A stretch of 56,118 bases of DNA from Clostridia bacterium (lineage in GTDB: Bacteria > Bacillota > Clostridia > Christensenellales > Aristaeellaceae): assembly GCA_017516305.1 (NCBI GenBank), contig JAFXDB010000162.1:1-56118 (forward strand), read 5' to 3'. The translations under genes were made by a program, and so were the position numbers. Shown here one piece after another: positions 30,479-38,760 of the stretch. The notes beneath the pieces are model-generated. The model was not told the origin of the DNA and did not search any database. It saw only the letters and a program-made list of their open reading frames with translations. Every line of letters starts with the position of its first letter. Positions within the stretch are counted from its first letter, which is position 1.

Positions 30479-30919
30479 TTACGGCGGCCCGACCAGCAGC
30501 TTCGCCGCCTCCCGGTACAGGCGCGGCGACACGTTGGGGTAGGTCAGGTTGTCCGGAAGCTGATCGAACAGCCGCACTTCGGCCATTTCGCTCTCCGGCA
30601 GCTCGCCGAGCGCATGCACCACGGCCAGGAACACCACGCCGTTGGCGCTGCGGGTATCGGTAAAGCCGCAGTAGTCGCATACGGAGATGACCTCCGCGTC
30701 GGTGACGCCGCTTTCCTCATACAGCTCGCGGACAGCGGCCTGCATCGGCGTTTCGCCGGGCTCGATGTGCCCGCCCTGGGTCTCCCAGGTATCGCGGTCG
30801 CGGTGACGGCTCAGCAGCCACTGACCGCGGTAGTTGGCACAGATAACCACATATTTATGCGGGCTCAGCGTACCCAGCGGATGCACGCTGCACCGCAGCG
30901 CAGGGCCAGTCGTTGCCAC
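30479..30919 (-). CDS. NUDIX hydrolase
   Basis: Nudix box GGHIEPGETPMQAAVRELYEESGV. Start placed at GTG 30917-30919 (GGAGGTG 6 nt upstream), not the SD-less TTG at 30964. Confidence 0.75.
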   Translation of the reverse strand: MATTGPALRCSVHPLGTLSPHKYVVICANYRGQWLLSRHRDRDTWETQGGHIEPGETPMQAAVRELYEESGVTDAEVISVCDYCGFTDTRSANGVVFLAVVHALGELPESEMAEVRLFDQLPDNLTYPNVSPRLYREAAKLLVGPP

Positions 30920-30943
30920 AGTAACCACCTCCGGAAAATGACC

Positions 30944-31031
30944 GATTTTGAATCCTAAAATCAAAATTCAGTTTATGAGCACAAGCATCTCAATTAAGAA
31001 CTAAGAATTCAGAATTAAGAATTTCAAATTA
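30944..31031. repeat. AT-rich heptamer arrays between smc and the NUDIX gene
   Basis: AATTAAG AACTAAG AATTCAG AATTAAG AATTTCA AATTA (30992-31031, reaching the smc stop). Degenerate AATCCTA AAATCAA AATTCAG at 30951-30971. Confidence 0.75.
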
Positions 31032-34000
31032 CTCCTTATAGTCCTGCAGACTGACGCTGACCATCTTGCTCACGCCCTGCTCCTCCATGGCGACGCCGAA
31101 GAGGCTGTTGCAGCGCTCCATGGTTCCCTTGCGGTGGGTGACGACGATGAACTGCGTGCCCTTCGAATATTCCTTCAGGTAGTCGGCGTAGTAGCCGATG
31201 TTGGCGTCATCCAGCGCAGCCTCAATCTCGTCCAGGATGCAGAAGGGGCTGGGCTTCAATTTCAGGGTGGCAAAAAGGATGGCGATGGCAGTCAGGGCAC
31301 GCTCGCCGCCAGAGAGGAGCGAGAGCAGCTGCAGCTTCTTGCCCGGGGGCTGAGCGTTGACCTCGATGCCGCAGTTCAGCGGGTCCTCCGGGTCCATCAG
31401 CTTCAGCTCCGCCTTGCCGCCGCCAAAGAGGCGCGTGAAGGTCTCGGCGAAGTAGCCCTGGAGCTTGGTGAAGTTCTCCACGAAGGTGACGCGCATCTGC
31501 TCGATCAGGCGCTCGATCAGCTCCCGCAGGTCCGCCTCGGCAGCGCGCAGATCCGCCTGCTGGGCCGTGAGGGCGTCCACGCGGGCCTTCGTTTCGGCGT
31601 ATTCCTCCACCGCGCCCACATTGACGGTGCCCAGGGAGCGGATAAGGCCCTGCAGCTCCTGGGCGCGCTTGTCGGCCTCGCGCTCGTTGAATCCCTCCGT
31701 CTGGCGGAACTCCTCTGCACCGGCGTAGGTGAGCTTGTAGGTGTCCCAGATGCGATTCTGCAGGTTGCGCTGGTCGCTGTCCACGCGCTGACGGTTCATT
31801 TCCAGGCGGTGCTGCTTGTCGCCGTCGCGCTTGAGACCCTCGTGCAGGTTTTCCATGTCGCGCAGGATATCGCGCAGGCGGGCGTTTTCGGCAGCACGGC
31901 GCTTTTCCAGGGCCTGCACGGCCTCGTCCTGACGCTGCTGAATCTGCTGGCGTCGGGCGATCTCCAGCTGGGCGGCGGTGATTTCCGCCGCGTCCCGGGC
32001 GTCCAGGGCGTCCATCTCCTGCAGCTGCTGCAGGCGGCGCTCCCCAGCGCGGGCGATCTGCGCGCGGTCGCTTTCATAATGGGCCAGGTCACGCTGCAGG
32101 GTGGCCAGGCCGTGGCGCAGGTCGCTGAGCTGCAGCGTGCGCTGCATCATCTCGTCCGAGGCGCGGGAGGCGGCGGCGCGTGCGTCGGCCAGGGCCTTCT
32201 GCAGGCGGGCGGTCTCGGCCTCCAGGGCAGCGGGATCCGCCTCTTCCCCGCTGAAGTCGTCCTCCAGGGCAGCCAGCTGGGCCTCGATATCGGTGATGGC
32301 CTGGGTCAGCTGACCCACAGCCTCGTCGGTCTCCTCCATGCGTTGGCGGTGGGCGGTGAGGTCGGCTTCCGCGCTGTCACAGCGGGCCTGCTCGCGGGTG
32401 ACGGCGATCTCCTGCTGGTGCAGGTCGTTGATGGCGTCGGACACCGCCAGCCGGAGCCGGGCCTTCTTCTGCTGACCCTCCTCCAGCCGGGTTTTCATCA
32501 CCTCAAAATCGGACTTGCCGATCTTCAGCTGCTCGGTCAGCTCCTTCAGCTCGCGCTCGCGGCTGAGGAGGTTCGAAACCTTCGACTGCGCCGAGCCGCC
32601 GGTCATGGAGCCGCCGGAATGCATCACGTCGCCCTCCAGGGTCACCAGACGGAAGCGGTGGCCGCCGGCGCGCATGATGGCAATGCCGTGATCCAGGTTG
32701 TCCGCAATGACGGTGCGGCCCAGCAGGTTCTCGATAATGGCACGATATTCCGGGGCGCATTGCACCAGGTCGCTGGCCACGCCGATACAGCCGGGCATGG
32801 TCAGCACCTGACGGTCGCGGTCGTTCAGCCCGTTGGCGCGGATGGCGCTCATGGGCAGGAAGGTGGCGCGGCCCAGGCGGTTCTGGCGGAGGTAGTTAAT
32901 AAGCTCCTTGGCCGTTTCCTCGTTGACGGTGACGATATTCTGCTGCGCGGCGCCCAGGGCCATGTCGATGGCCGTTTCGTAGCGCTGGGGCACGCTCATC
33001 AGCTGGGCCAGCACGCCCCTGACGCCATTGATCCCGCGCTGCTTGGCATACTGCACCGCCCGGCGGACGGCCTGGTTGTAGCCCTCCATGTCCCGGGTCA
33101 TTTCGCTGAGCACCGCGTGGCGGCTGGCCGCAGCCTGCAGCTTGGCGGAGAGCTCCTCCGCGCGGGCCCGCTGGGCGTTCAGCGCCGCGTCGTGGGCGTC
33201 GAATTCGCCCTGGCGGACGCGCAGGGCCTCCTGCATGTCCGTCTGGCGCTGCTTTTCCTCTGCCAGCTGACGGCCGGCAGCCTCCAGCGCCTCGCGCAGC
33301 TCGGCTTCCTGCCCCGTCAGATCCTCGGCGGAGGCGTTCAGCTCCCTCAGGCGGCTCTCCATCTGCGCCCGCATGGTGGTCAGGCGGGTCTGGTTATTCT
33401 TCACGTCGGAGCGACGGTTCATCGCCGCCACGACCTTCGCTTTGTGGCTCTCCAGGGCCTCGTCCGCCGCCGTCTCCTCCTGCTGGGCGCGCTCCTGCGC
33501 CTGCCGGGTGCGGCTGAGGATGTCCTCTGCCTGGGCGATGAGCTGCTCCTGCTTTTCAACCTCGCCCTCGCTGGCGCCGAAGGAGCGCTCCAGCTCCGCC
33601 AGGCGGGCGACGGCGTCCTCCTGCTCAGCGGTGATGCGGCGGCGGTTCTCCTGCCGGGCCTCCTGGCGGCTGCGCAGGGCAGTCAGCCCCTCCTGGGCCT
33701 CATGGACGCTGGCGGCACAGGCCATCAGACGCTCCCGGGCGGCGGTCACCTGCCCGTCCAGGTCGGCAATGGCCTCCTGGGTCTCGTCGCGGCGAGCAGT
33801 CTTTTCGGCCAGGGCGGCCTCGGTGTCCGCCAGGATGGTCGAAAGCGTCATCAGCTCGCTGTCCAGCTCCGCCAGGCGCTGACGGGCGCGGTCGGAGCGG
33901 ATCAGGAACAGGTTCATGTCCAGGTGCTTGAGCTCCTCGGCATAGGCCATGTAGGCGCGGGCGTTGCGGCTCTGCTCCTCCAGGGGGCCCAGGCGGCGGT

Positions 34001-34595
34001 TCAGCTCGTCGAGGATGTCGTCCAGACGGGCGGCGTTCTCCAGCGTCCTTTCGAGCTTCTTGTCCGCCTCCTCCTTGCGGGCCTTGAACTTGACAATGCC
34101 TGCGGCCTCCTCAAACACCTGGCGGCGATCCTCGGACTTGCGGGAAAGGATCTCATCAATGCGGCCCTGGCCGATGATGGAGTAGCCCTCCTTGCCGATG
34201 CCGGTGTCGCGGAAGAGGTCGATGACGTCCTTCAGGCGGCAGGCGGCGCGGTTGAGGAAGTACTCGCTCTCGCCGTTGCGGTACACGCGGCGGGTCACCA
34301 TCACCTCGGCGGCCTCCATGGGCAGGGCCCCGTCCTCGTTGTCAAAGATCAGCGACACCTCGCAGTAAGCCAGGGGCTTCCTTTTCTGCGTGCCGTTGAA
34401 GATGACGTCGGACATGGACGCGCCGCGCAGGGTCTTTGCGCTCTGCTCGCCCAGCACCCACCGGACCGCGTCGCCGATGTTGCTCTTGCCCGAGCCGTTG
34501 GGGCCCACAATGCCCGTGATGCCCGTATCGAAGACGATCTCCGTCCGCTGGGCAAAGGACTTGAACCCGTACAGCTCCAATTTTTTCAATCGCAT
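31029..34595 (-). CDS. smc: chromosome segregation protein SMC
   Basis: 1188 aa. N-terminal GPNGSGKSNIGDAVRWVLGEQS, long coiled coils, hinge, C-terminal LSGGERALTAIAILFA and ILDEIEAALD. Confidence 0.95.
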   Translation of the reverse strand: MRLKKLELYGFKSFAQRTEIVFDTGITGIVGPNGSGKSNIGDAVRWVLGEQSAKTLRGASMSDVIFNGTQKRKPLAYCEVSLIFDNEDGALPMEAAEVMVTRRVYRNGESEYFLNRAACRLKDVIDLFRDTGIGKEGYSIIGQGRIDEILSRKSEDRRQVFEEAAGIVKFKARKEEADKKLERTLENAARLDDILDELNRRLGPLEEQSRNARAYMAYAEELKHLDMNLFLIRSDRARQRLAELDSELMTLSTILADTEAALAEKTARRDETQEAIADLDGQVTAARERLMACAASVHEAQEGLTALRSRQEARQENRRRITAEQEDAVARLAELERSFGASEGEVEKQEQLIAQAEDILSRTRQAQERAQQEETAADEALESHKAKVVAAMNRRSDVKNNQTRLTTMRAQMESRLRELNASAEDLTGQEAELREALEAAGRQLAEEKQRQTDMQEALRVRQGEFDAHDAALNAQRARAEELSAKLQAAASRHAVLSEMTRDMEGYNQAVRRAVQYAKQRGINGVRGVLAQLMSVPQRYETAIDMALGAAQQNIVTVNEETAKELINYLRQNRLGRATFLPMSAIRANGLNDRDRQVLTMPGCIGVASDLVQCAPEYRAIIENLLGRTVIADNLDHGIAIMRAGGHRFRLVTLEGDVMHSGGSMTGGSAQSKVSNLLSRERELKELTEQLKIGKSDFEVMKTRLEEGQQKKARLRLAVSDAINDLHQQEIAVTREQARCDSAEADLTAHRQRMEETDEAVGQLTQAITDIEAQLAALEDDFSGEEADPAALEAETARLQKALADARAAASRASDEMMQRTLQLSDLRHGLATLQRDLAHYESDRAQIARAGERRLQQLQEMDALDARDAAEITAAQLEIARRQQIQQRQDEAVQALEKRRAAENARLRDILRDMENLHEGLKRDGDKQHRLEMNRQRVDSDQRNLQNRIWDTYKLTYAGAEEFRQTEGFNEREADKRAQELQGLIRSLGTVNVGAVEEYAETKARVDALTAQQADLRAAEADLRELIERLIEQMRVTFVENFTKLQGYFAETFTRLFGGGKAELKLMDPEDPLNCGIEVNAQPPGKKLQLLSLLSGGERALTAIAILFATLKLKPSPFCILDEIEAALDDANIGYYADYLKEYSKGTQFIVVTHRKGTMERCNSLFGVAMEEQGVSKMVSVSLQDYKE

Positions 34596-34772
34596 TTGCG
34601 TCTGTAACCTCGCATAGGGATTCGGTCATAATCGACCATCTTACAGTATAGCACAGAATTGCGGATTCGTCTATTTTTTCTTCAATTTATGTGAACTTTT
34701 ATGGACTTCATTCCCAGCCGGATACCCACATACGTCTGCCCGACCGGACATATTCCGGATTCACGTTCTCCC

Positions 34773-35438
34773 TCACGGCGCCAGATCCAGCATATCCATG
34801 TCGTCCCCCACGTCGGTGAAGGTGTCCGGCACCTCGCCGACGATGATGGATTCCGCCATGGCCACCTGGGTGGAGACCTCCACCTTCTTCGCCCCCGTGG
34901 GCACCACCAGCTGCACCGTGGCCGTCAGCACCAGGGTGACGCGGTGGCGGGTCTGGTTGATGCCGGCGGTCTGGAAGTCCGTGTGGAATTCGGCGTGGAC
35001 GCTGCCCACCGGCAGGATGCGCACGGCGATCTTCGGCCCCGCGCCACCAAAGATGGTCAGCCCCAGGGCGCTGCCCAGGGGCACCTTCACCACCTGATCC
35101 CCCTTGGACAGGAGCTTCTCCTGGGCCAGGAGGCTGGCTGCCGCGGCCAGGCGGTTCATTTCCGGCGTGTTGGCCTGGATCAGCCGCACCTGACCGGCTG
35201 CATCGGTGGATACGTTCATCAGCGCATCGTAGGTGACGCCGCCGGTGGAGAGAAGCTCGGCGGCGGACTGGTTCAGCACCTGCACCGCCATGGCCCGTGC
35301 CTGGGCCTGGGCCAGGGACAGAACCACCTTCGTCAGGTTCCGCTCCACCAGGACGACGCCCGTCACCACCGCTGCGATGCACGCCAGCACACACGCCCAC
35401 GCCAGCCGACGGCGGAGTTTCCCGCGCCATGCAGACAT
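34773..35438 (-). CDS. yunB: sporulation protein YunB
   Basis: Only the last 221 codons of the 1434-codon ORF are credible. ATG 35436-35438 with GGAGG 6 nt upstream. N-terminal TM helix and YunB-like body (VKVPLGSALGLTIFGGAGPKIAVRILPVGSV...). Confidence 0.8.
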   Translation of the reverse strand: MSAWRGKLRRRLAWACVLACIAAVVTGVVLVERNLTKVVLSLAQAQARAMAVQVLNQSAAELLSTGGVTYDALMNVSTDAAGQVRLIQANTPEMNRLAAAASLLAQEKLLSKGDQVVKVPLGSALGLTIFGGAGPKIAVRILPVGSVHAEFHTDFQTAGINQTRHRVTLVLTATVQLVVPTGAKKVEVSTQVAMAESIIVGEVPDTFTDVGDDMDMLDLAP

Positions 35439-35496
35439 TTGCCCGCCTCCTGCGTTATATTTCCGTACCGACCCGCCCGGCATTGGCCCGAGGCGG

Positions 35497-35525
35497 TTGC
35501 TCAGCGCGGTTTTTCGTGCTATAAT
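35497..35525 (+). promoter_or_regulatory. sigma-A promoter with extended -10
   Basis: TTGCTC 35497-35502, 17-nt spacer ending TGC, TATAAT 35520-35525. Confidence 0.55.
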
Positions 35526-35576
35526 TATGATGATGGACTTTACCCTTATGCCAGCGTTCATCAAGGGAGGCAGCAA

Positions 35577-38342
35577 ATGAGCAGAAAAGACGACCTCTAC
35601 CGTGACAGTCAGCCGGAGACCCTTCCGGAGGAAGAGTATGCCAACGAGGCATTCTGGGGCGCAGCTCCCGGAGCATACGACCCGGAGGAACCGGAAGAGC
35701 CGGAGGAAAAAATCTACCCCCACACCATTTTCAAGCCCGCGGTCAGGCAGCCCAACTTTATTCTCTGCGTGCTGGTGAACGTGGTGCGCATCCTGGCGGT
35801 GCTGATCCTGGTGGCCGGGCTGGCGCTGTGCGGCGCGGTGATGGGCATCGCCAAGGGCTACATGGAGACCGCCCCGACCCTGGATCTGGCCGCCCTGGAC
35901 GAGCAGGCGCAGACCTCCTTCATCTACGACGCCAACCAGAACCTCATCACCACCTACAAGGGCATCGAGAACCGCGTGATGGTCTCCATCAATTCCATGC
36001 CCATTTACCTGCAGCAGGCCTTCGTGGCCGTGGAGGACGCGCGCTTTTACACCCATCCCGGCGTTGACCTCAAGCGCATCGTGGGCGCCTTTGTGTCCAA
36101 CCTGACGTCCTCCAGCACCCAGGGCGGCTCCACCATCACCCAGCAGCTGATCAAGAACACCCTCCTGTCCTCCGAGCAGAGCTACAAGCGCAAGATCCAG
36201 GAGGCCTACCTGGCCATGCAGCTGGAAACGCAATATACCAAGGACGAGATCCTGGAATGCTACCTGAACACCATTTGGCTGGGCGAGAGCTATTACGGCG
36301 TGCGCACGGCGGCGGAGGGGTACTTCGGCAAGTCCCTGAGCGAGCTGACCCTGCGCGAGTGCGCCATGCTGGCCGGCATCTGCAACAGCCCGTATTACTA
36401 CAACCCCCGCCGCAACTTCTACACCCGCGCCAAGGAGGGCGTGGACTACGTCGCCATCACCAACGACCGCACCGACTACGTCCTCCGGTGCATGTACGAA
36501 AACCAGTTCATCACCTACGAGCAGTATCAGGAGGCCCTGAACCCCGCCACCGCTCATGTCCTGGAAACCGACCCCAATACCGGCACCGGCATGTACGAAT
36601 ATCCCCACTACGTCGAATACGCCGTGAGCGAGGTGGTGGACATCCTCCTGCAGCTGAACGGCCTGGAGGACACCACCGCCAACCGCTACGCCATGGAAAA
36701 CAAGCTCCGCACCGGCGGCTACCATGTGGTGCTGGCCATCGACACCAACATCCAGGCCATCGTGGAGGAGACCCTGGCCACCTGGACGAAGTATCCGTCC
36801 CTGCGCGACCCGGCGGACAAGGTCTACCGTGCCCGCAACGCCGACGGCACCTATGACGAGATCATCCAGCCCCAGGCCGCCGCCGTCGTCATTGATTACC
36901 GCACGGGCGAAATCAAGGCCATTGTCGGCAGCCGCACCGTCCCCACGGCCAAGAAGACCCTCAACCGCGCCGTGGACATGAACATGCCCGTCGGCTCGGC
37001 CATCAAGCCCATCTCCGTCTACGCCCCCGCCATCGAAATGGGCGCTTCCCCCGCCAGCGTGGTCAGCAACATGCCCCTGCCCATCTCCGGCTGGAAGAAC
37101 GAAAAGGGCGAGGACGACTGGCCCCGCAACTACGGCGGCAGCTACTACGCCGGTCAGCAGACCCTGCGCGAGGCCATCGTCAACAGCCACAACACCGCCG
37201 CCGCCCAGACCCTGCTGACCATGGTGGGCGTGGAGCGCTCGGTGGACTTCCTGCACCGCATGGGCATCGACGATGAGCACATCGACGCCACGCCCTTCGG
37301 CCTGTCCCTGGGCTCCAGCGGCATCACGCCCCTGCAAATGGCCGTGACCTTCGGCGTGCTGGCCGACGGCGGCGTGTACCAGGAGCCGATCTCCGTCCTG
37401 GGCATCTCCGACAGCACCGGAACCGTCATCTGGGACGGCCACGCCAACCAGGAGCGCCGCCGCGTGTTCTCCGAGTCCACGGCCTTCTGCATCGTTGACA
37501 TGCTCAAGGACGCGGTGAAGTCCGGCACCGGCACTCCCGCGAAGATCAGCGGCCAGACCGTCGCCGGAAAGACCGGCACCAACTCCGATCAGCGCGGCGT
37601 ATACTTCACCGGCATGACCGGATATTACGTTTCCTCCCTGTGGATCGGCCACGACAATTACAAGCCCCTGTCCTCCAAAACGACGGGCTCCAGCGCCGCC
37701 GCACCCCTGTGGCAGGCATACATGAAGAAGATCCACGAGGGGCTGCCCAACCGCGATATCCTGGAGGGCGACTACACCCAGTACGGCCTGACCCGGGTGG
37801 AGACCTGCAGCGTCTCGGGCCTGCGCGCCACCGACGCCTGCCGCCACGACGCCCTGGGCTACGATACCGTCACCGACTACTGGGTCACCCCGCCCACGGC
37901 CTACTGCGACATGCACCAGACCCTGCGCATCTGCCAGGACAGCGGCATGCTGGCCACCGACTACTGCTGGAACGTGAGCGAGGAGGGCGTGATCGTCATC
38001 CCCGAATCCCATCCGCTTTCCCGCTTCATCGGCACGCAGTACGAGAGCGTGCTGGTGGAATACCTGGGCGGCTACTGCCTCTACGGTCAGAGCGGCTACT
38101 GCACCTGGCACTCCTCCAGCAGCAGCGGCAGCAGTTCCACCGCCGACAGCGGCATCGTCACCCAGGCGCTGATGCTGCTGAGCCAGGCCCAGGCCTCCCT
38201 GGCCGCCATGGATCCCTGGAGCAGCCAGTACAGCCAGCTCTCCGCGGCCATCGACAACCTGCAGTGGGCCATCAGCCAGCCCGGCCTGTCCACCGAGGAC
38301 ATCGTGACCGCCATGAGCCTGGTGACCCAGGCCATGCAGTGA
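35577..38342 (+). CDS. bifunctional class A penicillin-binding protein (PBP1A type) with C-terminal extension
   Basis: ATG 35577 after GGGAGG. TM anchor. GT51 motifs EDARFYTHPGVD and GGSTITQQLIKN. Transpeptidase SAIKP, SHN, KTGT. Confidence 0.9.
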   Translation: MSRKDDLYRDSQPETLPEEEYANEAFWGAAPGAYDPEEPEEPEEKIYPHTIFKPAVRQPNFILCVLVNVVRILAVLILVAGLALCGAVMGIAKGYMETAPTLDLAALDEQAQTSFIYDANQNLITTYKGIENRVMVSINSMPIYLQQAFVAVEDARFYTHPGVDLKRIVGAFVSNLTSSSTQGGSTITQQLIKNTLLSSEQSYKRKIQEAYLAMQLETQYTKDEILECYLNTIWLGESYYGVRTAAEGYFGKSLSELTLRECAMLAGICNSPYYYNPRRNFYTRAKEGVDYVAITNDRTDYVLRCMYENQFITYEQYQEALNPATAHVLETDPNTGTGMYEYPHYVEYAVSEVVDILLQLNGLEDTTANRYAMENKLRTGGYHVVLAIDTNIQAIVEETLATWTKYPSLRDPADKVYRARNADGTYDEIIQPQAAAVVIDYRTGEIKAIVGSRTVPTAKKTLNRAVDMNMPVGSAIKPISVYAPAIEMGASPASVVSNMPLPISGWKNEKGEDDWPRNYGGSYYAGQQTLREAIVNSHNTAAAQTLLTMVGVERSVDFLHRMGIDDEHIDATPFGLSLGSSGITPLQMAVTFGVLADGGVYQEPISVLGISDSTGTVIWDGHANQERRRVFSESTAFCIVDMLKDAVKSGTGTPAKISGQTVAGKTGTNSDQRGVYFTGMTGYYVSSLWIGHDNYKPLSSKTTGSSAAAPLWQAYMKKIHEGLPNRDILEGDYTQYGLTRVETCSVSGLRATDACRHDALGYDTVTDYWVTPPTAYCDMHQTLRICQDSGMLATDYCWNVSEEGVIVIPESHPLSRFIGTQYESVLVEYLGGYCLYGQSGYCTWHSSSSSGSSSTADSGIVTQALMLLSQAQASLAAMDPWSSQYSQLSAAIDNLQWAISQPGLSTEDIVTAMSLVTQAMQ

Positions 38343-38375
38343 TCCCCGCCGGGAAATCGCAGAAGGTACATCCGC

Positions 38376-38732
38376 ATGGAAAATGTATATAAAGCCCTCA
38401 CGGCCCTGCGGGCGCCGCTGCAGCAGGAGGAATACGACCTGCACCACCTGGTGATGGCCGCCCTGGACGCAGCCGGGATTCCCTGGGCCCACGAGGTTCC
38501 CCTGGCCCCCCGCTGCCGCATTGATCTGCTGTGCGGCGGCGTGGGGATCGAAATCAAGCGCGGCGCGGTGGAGAAGGCCCGGATCCTCCGTCAGCTGACC
38601 CGCTACGCCGCCTGCCCGCAGATCACCGCCCTCATCCTGGTGACGGAGAAGACCGTCCCCCTGCCCCACACGCTCTGCGGCAAGCCCGTGCGCCTGCTCT
38701 GCCTCAACAGGCTGTGGGGCATTGCCCTGTGA
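38376..38732 (+). CDS. small PD-(D/E)xK nuclease-fold-like protein (hypothetical)
   Basis: 118 aa. CRIDLLCGGVGIEIKRG resembles a D...ExK nuclease core. Sits directly upstream of comEC. Confidence 0.45.
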   Translation: MENVYKALTALRAPLQQEEYDLHHLVMAALDAAGIPWAHEVPLAPRCRIDLLCGGVGIEIKRGAVEKARILRQLTRYAACPQITALILVTEKTVPLPHTLCGKPVRLLCLNRLWGIAL

Positions 38733-38760
38733 ACCACCAGCAATGAACAGGAGGATGTGC

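Noticed and set aside
9874-31031. Heptamer arrays as CodY boxes (AATTTTCWGAAAATT) or genuine Spo0A 0A boxes (TGNCGAA)
   Set aside because: No array contains a good 15-nt CodY palindrome. Only the AATTCCG/TTCCGAA variant approaches a 0A box, with one mismatch, and the ATTAAGC/AATTAAG variants do not. It is kept only as a speculative note.
31134-34607. 1157-aa plus-strand ORF antisense to smc
   Set aside because: Shadow ORF. The minus frame encodes a textbook SMC protein, while the plus-frame product is repetitive Leu/Gly/Ala/Gln with no recognisable domain.
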